Part shown: in pieces, positions 15,241 through 24,269 of the stretch
How the letters are laid out: every line of letters begins with the position of its first letter
How positions within the stretch are numbered: position 1 is the stretch's first letter
Source: Candidatus Spyradocola merdavium
GTDB taxonomy: Bacteria > Bacillota > Clostridia > Christensenellales > UBA1750
Direction: 5' to 3'
Length of the DNA stretch: 53,423 nucleotides
Assembly: GCA_018711265.1 (NCBI GenBank)
Contig: DVIM01000165.1
Location: 1-53,423, forward strand
Notes under the pieces: model-generated
Seen by the model: only the letters and a program-made list of their open reading frames with translations
Database searches by the model: none
What the model was told of the DNA's origin: nothing
Translations under genes and position numbers: made by a program

Positions 15241-17031
15241 TCAGGAGACCTGTTTGTCCAGGATGCGGTCGACGACGAGCTGGCGGAACTTGGGCGACAG
15301 GCTGGCGAAGTAGGCGCTGAAGCCCGTCACGCGCACCACCAGGTCGGGGTAGAGCGAGGGGTCCTCGTGCGCGGCGCGCACGCGCTCGGCGTCGATGACG
15401 TTGAGGTTGATGAGCGTGCCGCCCTGCGCGAAGTGGTCCTCGATCAGGGCCATGACCAGCTCGATTCCCTCCTCCTCCGTGGTCACGGAGGGCTCGAGCT
15501 CGATCTGCATGGGCGCGGTGTTGCCGTAGCCCGGCTGCACGGAGGCGATGGCCGCGCTCATGGCAGTGGCGGCGCCGTCCTTGCGGAAGCCGGGGTTGGG
15601 GTTTGCGCCGTGGGAGATGGGCTCCCCGGCGCGGCGGCCGTTGGGGGTGGCGCCGAGCGTCGCGCCCATGGTCAGCGTGTTCGCCCAGGAGAACAGGCCG
15701 GGAACCATCTGGAAGCCGTGCACGGGCGTGCGCTGCGCCTTGACCTCCCGCGTGAAGATCTGGGAAAGGCGCACGGCCAGGTCGTCCGCGTCGCTGCCGC
15801 CCTTGCCGTAGCGGTCCACGTTCTGCAGGAAGAGGCGCGCGCGCTCGCCCTCCGGCCCCTCCCAGTTGGTGTCCAGGTAGTGCAGGAGCTGGGCGTAGGT
15901 GAAGCGGTGCTCGCGCAGGACGCGCTGGCGGATGGCGGCCAGGCTGTCCGCCGCAACGGCCAGGGCCGAGCCGTCGATGCACCACAGATAGTGTTCCACG
16001 CCGCCGCCCGAGGCGTCCAGGCCCTTTTCGATGGTCCCGTGGCACATCAGGTCCAGCGGGAGCTCGGGCACGTTGCGGATCTGGTTGTCGTAGTGGAAGT
16101 CAAAGCCCTTGGCCAGCGTCTGGATCGCGATGCGCAGGTGCGCGGTGTACAGGTCGAGGATCTGGTCGATGCTCGGCTCGCCGTATTTCTCCACGGCCTC
16201 GCGCAATGCGATGTCCAGCACAACGGAGAAGTTGATCTTGACGCAGTCCATCATGGAGTATTCGCGCCCGGGGATGGCCAGCCAGTGGCAGCCGGAATTC
16301 GTGCGCATGCGCGCGTCCTCGATGGACACGCCCTCGTTGCGGACCAGGCCGCGCACGAGCGTCTCCATGCCCACAAAGCGCGGGTTCCCGTTCTTGTCCG
16401 CGAACTGGTACTCCACGGACTTGCGCAGCAGGTTGCGGTCTAGGCCCTTGCCCACGCAGACGCCCACGTTGGAGGGGAGCTTGAGCCGGTGCACGGCCTC
16501 GAGCACCAGGTAGGAGACGGGGTTGGTGGCGTCGCTGCCGTCGCGGTTGTAGCCGCCCAGGTGCACATAGGCGGTGTCCCGCAGCAGCAGGCACGCGATG
16601 AGGAAGACGGCGCGCTCGTCGTCCAGGGTTCCGGCGGCCGTCTCCCGCGCGTAGTAGGGGTAGAGCAGCGCGTCCAGCCGGCCCAGGGAGCCGCTGCCGT
16701 TGTAGGAGCGGCAGGCCATCTGGTACCAGAGGAGGAACTGGCACGCCTCCTCAAACGTCTCGGGCTTCGCGTGCGCGATCTTGCGGTTGAGCGCGCACAG
16801 GTGGCGCAGGTGCGCGGCGATCTCCGGGTCCGGAACGCCCGCCGCCAGCTGCGCCGCGATGCCGGAATAGGTGTCGATGCCGCGGGTGAAGGCGGCCGCC
16901 TTCCCGTTGCAGAACATGCCCTGGTGGTCGGTGATGTTCATGACGTCCTTGGCCACATAGCCCGCCTCGTACCACTGGCGCGCGGCGTGATAGTCATAGA
17001 GCGGGTCCTCCGCGGGAAGGAGCGCGACGTA
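15241..17031 (-). pseudogene. N-terminally truncated glycyl radical enzyme (PFL superfamily) fused to a solute-binding-protein-like fragment
   Basis: C-terminal YPDLVVRVTGFSAYF Gly loop, GATPNGRRAG, KPETFEEACQ, Cys loop NSGCHW; only about 530 aa are GRE-like; the 5' part QWYEAGYVAKDV..FCNGKAA looks like a binding protein; no RBS, and a terminator sits immediately upstream. Confidence 0.75.
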
Positions 17032-17054
17032 TTAATGCGAAATTTTTGGGGAAC

Positions 17055-17091
17055 AAAAAGGAGAACAGGACGAAATTCGATCCTGTTCTCC
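17055..17091 (-). terminator. Intrinsic terminator of the epimerase-lipoprotein unit
   Basis: Minus strand GGAGAACAGGA-tcgaatttcg-TCCTGTTCTCC-TTTTT. Confidence 0.8.
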
Positions 17092-17109
17092 GCATAGGGG
17101 GCGCTTTTT

Positions 17110-17577
17110 TTATTCGGCCGTCAGGTAGTAGGCGGCCCACTGCGAGGCGATGCCGTTGCCGCCGATGACGTAGAGCTCGAGCAGCTGCGCGCCGGCGGGG
17201 ACTTCCACCTCCACGGACTCGCCCTGCACGGTCGTGGTCTGGCCGCCGTCAAAGCGGTAGCAGACGCTCGTGATGCCGCTGGAGTGCGTGCCGGAGAGGG
17301 TCAGCGTCGCGCCCGCGGGCACGGTGTTGAGGACGGCGTATTCGGGGATGGCATTCTCGTCCGGCTCCGCGGTGGCCTCCGCGGTGGGCGCGGCGGAAGC
17401 CTCCGCCGTCTCCTCGGGCTCGACCGTGGCCTCCAGGGCCTCACCGTTCAGCGAGACCACGACCGTCGGGCGGTCGATCTGCGACTCGTCCAGCGCGGGG
17501 GCGGCCGCAACGCAGCCCGTGAGCAGCAGCGCACCCGCAAGCGCGAGCGCAAGAATGGCAGCGAGTTTCTTCATCAT
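17110..17577 (-). CDS. Hypothetical lipoprotein with a Glu/Ala/Pro linker and a small beta-rich domain
   Basis: MMKKLAAILALALAGALLLTGC lipobox; AAGGAG RBS. Confidence 0.8.
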   Translation of the reverse strand: MMKKLAAILALALAGALLLTGCVAAAPALDESQIDRPTVVVSLNGEALEATVEPEETAEASAAPTAEATAEPDENAIPEYAVLNTVPAGATLTLSGTHSSGITSVCYRFDGGQTTTVQGESVEVEVPAGAQLLELYVIGGNGIASQWAAYYLTAE

Positions 17578-17601
17578 GATCGGGGATTCTCCTTCGTTTT
17601 C

Positions 17602-18696
17602 CTAGATATTTAAGGGGATGAGCCCTTCCACGCGCTCGATGCCAAGGCCCGGCGCGTCGGGTACGGTGATCTTGCTGTCGGCAAAGACCGCGCCGCCCAC
17701 CACCGGGTTTTCGCGGCAGAGCGCGGGGCCGTCCAGGTCGATGCGGGTGATGACGCCGCGGGCCAGGGCCGCGTGCGCCGCGGCGGTGACGGCGATGTTG
17801 CCCTCGAGCATGCAGCCCATCATGCACTCCGCGCCAAAGGTCTTGGCGATGGAGGCGATGGTCATGGCGTTGTAGAGGCCGCCGGTCTTCATCAGCTTGA
17901 TGTTGACAAGGTCCGCCGCGTGCGTCTGCAGGATGTGGACGGCGTCCGCAGCGGAGAAGACGCTCTCGTCCGCCAGGATCGGCGTGTGCACGCGCTCGGT
18001 CACGTAGCGCAGGCCGTCCACGTCGTGCGCTTTGACCGGCTGCTCGACGAGCTCGGCGTTCAGCCCCGCGTCCTCCAGCCGGCCGATAATGCGCACCGCC
18101 TGGCGGGGCGTCCAGCCCTGGTTGGCGTCCACGCGCAGCACGGTGTCCGCGGGCACGGCCGAGCGGATCGCCGAAAGGCGCGCAAGGTCCAGCTCCACGT
18201 CGGTTCCGACCTTGACCTTGAGGATGCGGAAGCCGCGGCTGCAGGCGGCCAGGGAGTCGGCGACCATGGTGTCCACGTCGTTTACGCTGATGGTGATGTC
18301 CGTCTCCAGGCTCTCTCGCGCGCCGCCGAGCAGCTTGTAGAGCGGGATGCCCCACTTCTTGCCGATCAGGTCGTAGACCGCCATCTCCACCGCGGCCTTG
18401 GCCGAGGTGTTGTGGACCATCGCGCCCTCGATGGCGTCGTGCATCTCGTCCGCGTTCGTCACCTCGCGGCCGAGGATCTTGGGCGCGAGGAAGTCGCGGA
18501 TGGCGCCCGCGATGGAGGGAATCGTGTCGCCCGTGATGACGGCCGTGGGCGGCGCCTCGCCAAAGCCGAGGGCGCCCTCGTCCGTCTCCAGCGTCACGAC
18601 GACGTTTTCCATGTTTTCCACCGTGCGCAGCGCGGTCTTAAAGGGCGTGAGAAGCGGTATCTTCATCGTGTACAGATGGACAGCGGTTATCTTCAT
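17602..18696 (-). CDS. L-Ala-D/L-Glu dipeptide epimerase (enolase superfamily, YkfB-like)
   Basis: PFKTALR, LKVKVG, VDANQGW, EQP, ADES, NIKLMKTGG, DLD. Confidence 0.9.
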   Translation of the reverse strand: MKITAVHLYTMKIPLLTPFKTALRTVENMENVVVTLETDEGALGFGEAPPTAVITGDTIPSIAGAIRDFLAPKILGREVTNADEMHDAIEGAMVHNTSAKAAVEMAVYDLIGKKWGIPLYKLLGGARESLETDITISVNDVDTMVADSLAACSRGFRILKVKVGTDVELDLARLSAIRSAVPADTVLRVDANQGWTPRQAVRIIGRLEDAGLNAELVEQPVKAHDVDGLRYVTERVHTPILADESVFSAADAVHILQTHAADLVNIKLMKTGGLYNAMTIASIAKTFGAECMMGCMLEGNIAVTAAAHAALARGVITRIDLDGPALCRENPVVGGAVFADSKITVPDAPGLGIERVEGLIPLNI

Positions 18697-18792
18697 CTTT
18701 CCCCTGCTCCTTTGCCGTGGTCTTCAAACTGCAATCCATTATACGACAAAACGCCGGCCGAAACAAGACGGCCGGCGCGCTTCGCCAAAAGT

Positions 18793-19272
18793 TCACGCGG
18801 GATTTTGCAGGAGAAAGGCCCAATTGAGCGCGAAAGCAAAGAGCCCCCAGAGCAGGTGCGGCAGGAGGAGCGCAAAACTCGCCCGGTGCGCGCGCCACAG
18901 CCCGCGCAGCGCAGATATAAGCGCGAGCAGCAGCAGCGCGAGAACCGCCGCCGCAGCGCCTATGGCGTGCAGGCGGAAGAAGACGCCCGTCCAGACCACG
19001 TTCAGCGCGCCCGCGGCCGCGAGCGCGGCGACCGTCCCCGCGCCCGGCCAGATGCCCCCGCGCAGGAGCGGATAGAGCGCCGCCGCCGCGCACAGGTAGA
19101 CGAGGGACCACGCCGCGGAATAGGCCCACGGCGGCGGGTTGAAGGCCGGCTTTTGCAGGGAGAGATACCAGGCGCTGTCCGCCTCCACGAGCAGGGCCGC
19201 CGGGACGGCCGCCGCCGCCACCGGCAGCGCGCACAGCAGGAGCGAGCGCCAAACGGACCGCGCTGGGCGCAT
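18793..19272 (-). CDS. TspO/MBR family tryptophan-rich sensory protein
   Basis: WYLSLQKPAFNPPPW, LNVVWTGVFF, LLLPHLLWGLFAFALN. Confidence 0.85.
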   Translation of the reverse strand: MRPARSVWRSLLLCALPVAAAAVPAALLVEADSAWYLSLQKPAFNPPPWAYSAAWSLVYLCAAAALYPLLRGGIWPGAGTVAALAAAGALNVVWTGVFFRLHAIGAAAAVLALLLLALISALRGLWRAHRASFALLLPHLLWGLFAFALNWAFLLQNPA

Positions 19273-19318
19273 AAACCATCACCTCTTCGCCCCCTATCCT
19301 GCGCAGAGCGGCGCAGGT

Positions 19319-19972
19319 TTATCCGAAGAGCGGGGAGGAAAACAGCTCTGCCGCGAGCGCTGGCAGGTCCGAAAAGCGCTCGAGCACGGCGTCCGGGCGC
19401 TCCGCACGACCAAATCCGTAGGCCGCGTGGACGAAGGGAATGCCGGCCAGGCGCGCGGCGCGCTCGTCGCCGTCCGTGTCGCCGAGGTAGAAGGCGCGCG
19501 GATTCCCGGCCTCCGCCAGCACCCTGCGGATGTTGCCGGCCTTGTCCAGGCCCGTGTCCCCGGGGCAGGCGTGCCCGCGGAAGCAGCGCGCCATGTCGTG
19601 CACCTCGAGGAAGATCTCGATGTAGCCGCTGTCGCAGTTGCTGACGATGAACAGGTCGTATGGGGTGCAGAGCGCCTCCAGCGCGGGGCGCAGGCCGTCG
19701 AAGAGCCGGCCGCCGCCGTGGGCGCGCAGGTAGGCGTATTCGCTCTGCGTGCACTCGGCCATGAGGGTTAGCGCCTCCGGCAAGGGCAGCGCCGGCAGCA
19801 TCAATGCCGCGATCTGCTCCGTGGTCTTGCCCATGTAGGCGCGCATGGCGTCCTCCGTCAGGTGGGCGCGCGCCTCCGGGCGCCGGTCCAGCACCTCGTT
19901 CCACGAGCGCACGACGGCAGAGACCGTGTCCCACAGCGTTCCATCCAGGTCAAAGACAATGGCGTCCTTCAT
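19319..19972 (-). CDS. HAD family hydrolase (phosphoglycolate phosphatase-like)
   Basis: FDLDGTLWD, IVSNC, YLGDTDGD, AAYGFG. Confidence 0.9.
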   Translation of the reverse strand: MKDAIVFDLDGTLWDTVSAVVRSWNEVLDRRPEARAHLTEDAMRAYMGKTTEQIAALMLPALPLPEALTLMAECTQSEYAYLRAHGGGRLFDGLRPALEALCTPYDLFIVSNCDSGYIEIFLEVHDMARCFRGHACPGDTGLDKAGNIRRVLAEAGNPRAFYLGDTDGDERAARLAGIPFVHAAYGFGRAERPDAVLERFSDLPALAAELFSSPLFG

Positions 19973-20033
19973 ACAGGTCCTCCCGAAAAAGGTTTTTCTC
20001 CATTCTAGCGCAGGGATGTTAAATCCGTTCGCG

Positions 20034-20153
20034 CTACTTCCGGCGCAGGAGCAGGAGCGTCACGGCCACGACCACGGCGACCAGGGCGAACGCCAGCCCG
20101 GCAAGGCCCGGCGCGAAGAACTCCCAGGGAAACACGATGACGTCCAGGAACAT
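20034..20153 (-). CDS. 39-aa single-pass membrane peptide (below the ORF-track cut-off)
   Basis: AAGGAGG RBS; MFLDVIVFPWEFFAPGLAGLAFALVAVVVAVTLLLLRRK*; GC-rich third codon positions like its neighbours. Confidence 0.75.
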   Translation of the reverse strand: MFLDVIVFPWEFFAPGLAGLAFALVAVVVAVTLLLLRRK

Positions 20154-20170
20154 GGGACAGCGCCTCCTTT

Positions 20171-20953
20171 TTACTGCTTGCGGCGGGCGAGCACGACGAG
20201 CAGCGCGGCGCTGCCCAGGGCGACGACCGCCACCGCGCCGATGGCGAGGTACAGGCGGGTCCGGCCCGCCGCGGTCAGGGGCCCGACGGCGTCCGTCGCG
20301 GCCGGGGACTTCGCCGCCGCGGCGGCCTGCGGCGCGGTCGCGGGCAGGCTGGCGTTTTCCGGGTCCGCGCAGCAGATCCAGCCCTCGCGCCCGTAGAGGT
20401 AGGGGATGTAGACCCAGGTCTGCCCCTGCGCGTCCACATAGACCGCGTCATAGGGAAGAAAGTCGGCCTGCGTCAGGTCCTCTGGCGAGAGCTTGCCGTA
20501 GAGCTCGCCGGAGCCCGGGTACTCCCATAGGTAGACGGTGCCCTGCGGCACAAAGTCCGCAAGCTCGTCCGCATAGGGCGTGATCGCCTCCGCATGGTCC
20601 GTAAAGAAGTCGTCCCTGTCGTAGACCTTTTGCAGCGCGTCCAGGCGCACCCAGCAGCTCTCCTCGCCCTCCTCGTAGACGCCCCAGGCGGCGCCACCCG
20701 CATCTTCGTAGACGAAGGAGATGCGCAGTTCCCAACCCTCGGGAAAGGTGCACAGCGCGCGCCCATCCTCCGGGCTGACCACGCCTTCGACCCCGCCCGG
20801 GGAGAGGTAACGGTCGTTGACATAGGTGCACTCGTCCGCGTGCGCGGCGTAGAAGCCGTCCTGCGGCTCCCAGATGACGTCCGCGCGCGCCGGAAGGGGA
20901 AGGAGCGCCAGGACCAGAAGCGCGAGGATCGCGGCAATGTGTCGAATTTTCAT
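20171..20953 (-). CDS. Surface protein with a signal peptide and C-terminal TM anchor, 260 aa (possibly two SH3-like modules)
   Basis: GGAGG RBS; MKIRHIAAILALLVLALLPLPARA|DVIWEP; repeated YxDxxGxxW...(G/C)W pattern; ends YLAIGAVAVVALGSAALLVVLARRKQ. Confidence 0.8.
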   Translation of the reverse strand: MKIRHIAAILALLVLALLPLPARADVIWEPQDGFYAAHADECTYVNDRYLSPGGVEGVVSPEDGRALCTFPEGWELRISFVYEDAGGAAWGVYEEGEESCWVRLDALQKVYDRDDFFTDHAEAITPYADELADFVPQGTVYLWEYPGSGELYGKLSPEDLTQADFLPYDAVYVDAQGQTWVYIPYLYGREGWICCADPENASLPATAPQAAAAAKSPAATDAVGPLTAAGRTRLYLAIGAVAVVALGSAALLVVLARRKQ

Positions 20954-20970
20954 CGGGAATTTCGCCTCCG

Positions 20971-21312
20971 TCAAGAGAGTGCGGACAGCAGCGCGCGCAG
21001 CGCCGCGCCCGTCAGGTAGGAAAAGGCGTTCGCGCCCAGGGAAAAGAGCAGGGGACGGCGCAGGCCCTCGGCCAGGCGCGCGTAGATCGCGCCCTCGACG
21101 AGCACGGCGGCGGCCTCCAGCGCAAGGTGCACGGGCCAGAAGGGGAAGAGGTTCCCCACGAGCGCGACCGGCGGGTTCGTCAGCAGGTTGACCAGCAGGA
21201 CCAGGCACGCGTTGCGCCGCCCGCGCACGCGGCAGAGCCGGGCGAACGCGCCCTCCAGGAGCAGCGTCAGCGCCAGGGACAGGAGCAGGCGGCGCGGCAG
21301 GTCAGCGAGCAC
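20971..21312 (-). CDS. Small 4-TM membrane protein, 113 aa
   Basis: GTG start overlapping the upstream gene; LTLLLE..VNLLTNP..LEAAAVLVE..GANAFS. Confidence 0.7.
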   Translation of the reverse strand: MLADLPRRLLLSLALTLLLEGAFARLCRVRGRRNACLVLLVNLLTNPPVALVGNLFPFWPVHLALEAAAVLVEGAIYARLAEGLRRPLLFSLGANAFSYLTGAALRALLSALS

Positions 21313-22378
21313 GGATCTGCACCCACTTGCGCAGGGGCAGCAGGCGCGACGGCGCGCGCTCCGGCGCGGGAAGGCTGGGCAGCAGCAGCGCCGCGGAAAC
21401 GGCGCACAGCGCGGCCGCGGTCCAGAGGCCCGCCGCGGGCGCAAGATTCAGCCCCACCGGCAGGAACCCTAGGAACAGCGCAAACGTCGTCAGCCCAAAG
21501 GCCAGGCCCTTGGCCCCCGGCAGAAGGCGCGCCAGGGCGCTGAGCGTCATGGGCATGGTCATGTTGAAGAGGAAGAGCGCCGCCGTGCCCGCGAGCGGGT
21601 TCTCCCCCAGCAGGAAGAGCGCGCCCGCGGCGAGCAGCGACGCGGGCCCGGCCCGGCGCGCGCCGAAGCGGTCCGCCGCAAAGCCGCCCGCGCACTTGCC
21701 CAGCACCACCGCAAGCACCGCGGCAAAGGACCAGCCGTCCGCCGCCTGCCAGGGCATCTGCACCGCCAGGCCGACATAGGAGCGCAGCACGACTACCAGA
21801 ACCAAACCCGCGACCGCGAGCGGCGCGGCCGGCCTGCGCCGCGGGCCGAACACGCCCCGCAGGCACAGCGCCGCGTTCCCCGAGCGGCGCAGGCGGCCGT
21901 AGAGGCGCGCGACAAAGAGGATCGCGCCCGCGCACAGCGCGAGCAGCAGGACCGCGCAGATCCCGGGGAACACTCCCGCGAGCGCCGACCCGGCGAACAG
22001 GCCCAGCGCCCCCGGGGAGACGAAGATCCCCAGCGCCGAGGCTTTCCGGCCGCTGTCGCCGAGCACGTCCACGCCGCCGCCCACGTGGAAGAGCGCGTTG
22101 CCCACCCCGGCGACGACCGCCAGCGCCAGGGGCGCGGCCGGCAGGGCGAACGCCGCGGCGACCAGGCCGCAGCCCAGCGCCGCAAGGCCCGCGTTCTTGT
22201 CCAGGCGGTCCGCGAGGATGCCCAGGGGCATTTGCAGCGCAAAGGCGCAGTAGTTATAGAGGAGAAATCCCTCCGGTCCGCCGGCGCGGCCGCTGCCCAG
22301 GAGCAGCAGCGCGCAGGCAAAATCCACAAAGAAGTGCGCCGCACTGTAGGCGATCAGGCGCGCGGAACGACCCTTCAA
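21302..22378 (-). CDS. MFS-like polytopic membrane protein
   Basis: HFFVDFAC, LYNYCAFALQMPLGILADR, GNALFHVGGG, GGFAADRFG, LFNMTMPMT; TTG start. Confidence 0.75.
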   Translation of the reverse strand: MKGRSARLIAYSAAHFFVDFACALLLLGSGRAGGPEGFLLYNYCAFALQMPLGILADRLDKNAGLAALGCGLVAAAFALPAAPLALAVVAGVGNALFHVGGGVDVLGDSGRKASALGIFVSPGALGLFAGSALAGVFPGICAVLLLALCAGAILFVARLYGRLRRSGNAALCLRGVFGPRRRPAAPLAVAGLVLVVVLRSYVGLAVQMPWQAADGWSFAAVLAVVLGKCAGGFAADRFGARRAGPASLLAAGALFLLGENPLAGTAALFLFNMTMPMTLSALARLLPGAKGLAFGLTTFALFLGFLPVGLNLAPAAGLWTAAALCAVSAALLLPSLPAPERAPSRLLPLRKWVQIRAR

Positions 22379-22472
22379 GCGAAATTCCCCCTCTCGCTGT
22401 CATCCAACGCCCATTGGACGTGTAAAAGATTGGAAAAGTTTCGCATCGCGGTGGGTTTTCCAGGCACGGGGC

Positions 22473-22503
22473 TTGACATTCGACCCACCTTTAGGTGTAA
22501 ACT
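22473..22503 (+). promoter_or_regulatory. Promoter with a 19-bp spacer (MerR-type geometry)
   Basis: TTGACA-ttcgacccacctttaggtg-TAAACT. Confidence 0.55.
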
Positions 22504-22534
22504 ATTCTTAACAAAACACAAGGGGGTTGCACAG

Positions 22535-23656
22535 ATGGGTTCTCTCGGACAAGACATCAAAAAGCTCGGCTTCGGCCTGATGCGCCTGCCCATGATCGGC
22601 GAGGACGTCGACATCGAGCAGACCAAGAAGATGGTCGACCTCTTCCTCTCCAAGGGCTTCACCTACTTTGACACGGCGTACGGCTACCTCGGCGGCAAGA
22701 GCGAAATGGCCATCAAGACCGCGCTGGTGGACCGCTACCCCAGGGAGTCCTACCAGCTGGCGACAAAGCTGCCCGCCTGGGCCGGCGCCAAGACCGCGGA
22801 GGAGGCCCAGGGCATGCTGGCCACCTCCCTTGCGCGCACGGGCGCGGGGTATTTCGACTTCTACCTCCTGCACAACCTGGGTGACAACCGCACCGAGGCC
22901 TTCGACCGCTTCGGCATCTGGGACTTCCTGCGCCGCAAGCGCGACGAGGGCGTCATCAAGCACCTGGGCTTCTCCTTCCACGACAAGGCGGACGTGCTGG
23001 ACGACCTGCTGACCCGCAACCCGGACATGGAGTTCGTGCAGCTGCAGATCAACTACGCGGACTGGGAGTCCGCCTCCATCCAGTCCCGCGCCTGCTACGA
23101 GGTCGCGCGCAAGCACGGCAAGCCCGTCATCATCATGGAGCCCGTCAAGGGCGGGTCCCTGGCGGCGCTCCCCGCGGACATCGCCAAGATCTTTACCGAC
23201 GCCGATCCCAAGGCCTCCCTGTCCTCCTGGGCCATCCGCTTTGCGGCCTCGCTCGACGGCCTCGTCACGGTCCTGAGCGGCATGTCCACCCTGGCGCAGA
23301 TGGAGGACAACCTCTCCTTCATGGAGAACTTCCAGCCCCTGACCGGCGCCGAGCGCGCCGTCGTCGACAAGGTCCGCGCCGCGCTGGACAAGGTCCCGCA
23401 GATTCCCTGCACGGCCTGCTCCTACTGCACCAAGGGATGTCCGCAGTCGATCAACATCCCCGGCATCTTCAAGGCCATGAACAACCAGCTGATCTACGGC
23501 AACCGCGCCGGGGCCGTGGGCAACTACAGCTTCGCCACGCGCACGGGCGGCAAGGCCAGCGACTGCATCGCCTGCGGCCAGTGCGAGGCCGCCTGCCCGC
23601 AGCACATCGAGATCATCGAGGAGCTCAAGAAGGCTGTGGAGATGTTCGAGGGCTGA
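22535..23656 (+). CDS. Aldo/keto reductase with a C-terminal 4Fe-4S dicluster, 373 aa
   Basis: LGFGLMRLP, YFDTAYGY, LGFSFHD, MEPVKGG; CTACSYC..CP and CIACGQCEAACP. Confidence 0.92.
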   Translation: MGSLGQDIKKLGFGLMRLPMIGEDVDIEQTKKMVDLFLSKGFTYFDTAYGYLGGKSEMAIKTALVDRYPRESYQLATKLPAWAGAKTAEEAQGMLATSLARTGAGYFDFYLLHNLGDNRTEAFDRFGIWDFLRRKRDEGVIKHLGFSFHDKADVLDDLLTRNPDMEFVQLQINYADWESASIQSRACYEVARKHGKPVIIMEPVKGGSLAALPADIAKIFTDADPKASLSSWAIRFAASLDGLVTVLSGMSTLAQMEDNLSFMENFQPLTGAERAVVDKVRAALDKVPQIPCTACSYCTKGCPQSINIPGIFKAMNNQLIYGNRAGAVGNYSFATRTGGKASDCIACGQCEAACPQHIEIIEELKKAVEMFEG

Positions 23657-23659
23657 GGC

Positions 23660-24208
23660 ATGGCGGAGATGCGGCGATGCGCCTGGGCGCGCGGAGAAGA
23701 GATGCAGCGCTACCACGACGAGGAGTGGGGGCGGCCCTGCCACGACGACGGCCGGCTCTTTGAGATGCTTCTGCTGGAGGGGTTCCAGGCGGGGCTCTCC
23801 TGGGCCATCGTGCTCCGGAAGCGCGAGGCCTTCCGCGCGGCGCTGGACGGCTTTGATCCCGCAAAGGTCGCCGCCTACGGCGAGGCGGACATCCAGCGCC
23901 TCCTTGCAAACCCCGCGATCATCCGCAGCGAGCGGAAGCTGCGCGCCGCGGCGGACAACGCCCGCGCCTTCCTGCGCATCCAGGAGGAGTTCGGCAGCTT
24001 TGACGCCTACCTCTGGGGCTTTGCGCCGGGCGCGCCCTTCCGCCGCGCGCCGGGTGCGCCCGTGCCGGCGCAGACGCCCCTCTCCCAGGAGATCTCCCGG
24101 GACCTGCGGCGCCGCGGCATGAAGTTCGTGGGCCCGGTGATCGTCTACTCCTTTTTGCAGAGCGTGGGCGTGGTCAACGACCACGACGCGGACTGCGCCT
24201 TTGCCTAA
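23660..24208 (+). CDS. tag: DNA-3-methyladenine glycosylase I
   Basis: RCAW, YHDEEWG, LEGFQAGLSW, KFVGPVIVYSFLQSVGVVNDH..C. Confidence 0.93.
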   Translation: MAEMRRCAWARGEEMQRYHDEEWGRPCHDDGRLFEMLLLEGFQAGLSWAIVLRKREAFRAALDGFDPAKVAAYGEADIQRLLANPAIIRSERKLRAAADNARAFLRIQEEFGSFDAYLWGFAPGAPFRRAPGAPVPAQTPLSQEISRDLRRRGMKFVGPVIVYSFLQSVGVVNDHDADCAFA

Positions 24209-24219
24209 AGCGGCAACCG

Positions 24220-24251
24220 AAAAAAACGACCCCCGCAGGGGTCGTTTTTTT
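24220..24251. terminator. Bidirectional intrinsic terminator
   Basis: AAAAAAACGACCCC-cgca-GGGGTCGTTTTTTT. Confidence 0.9.
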
Positions 24252-24269
24252 GTGTGTAAGGCGTTGGTC

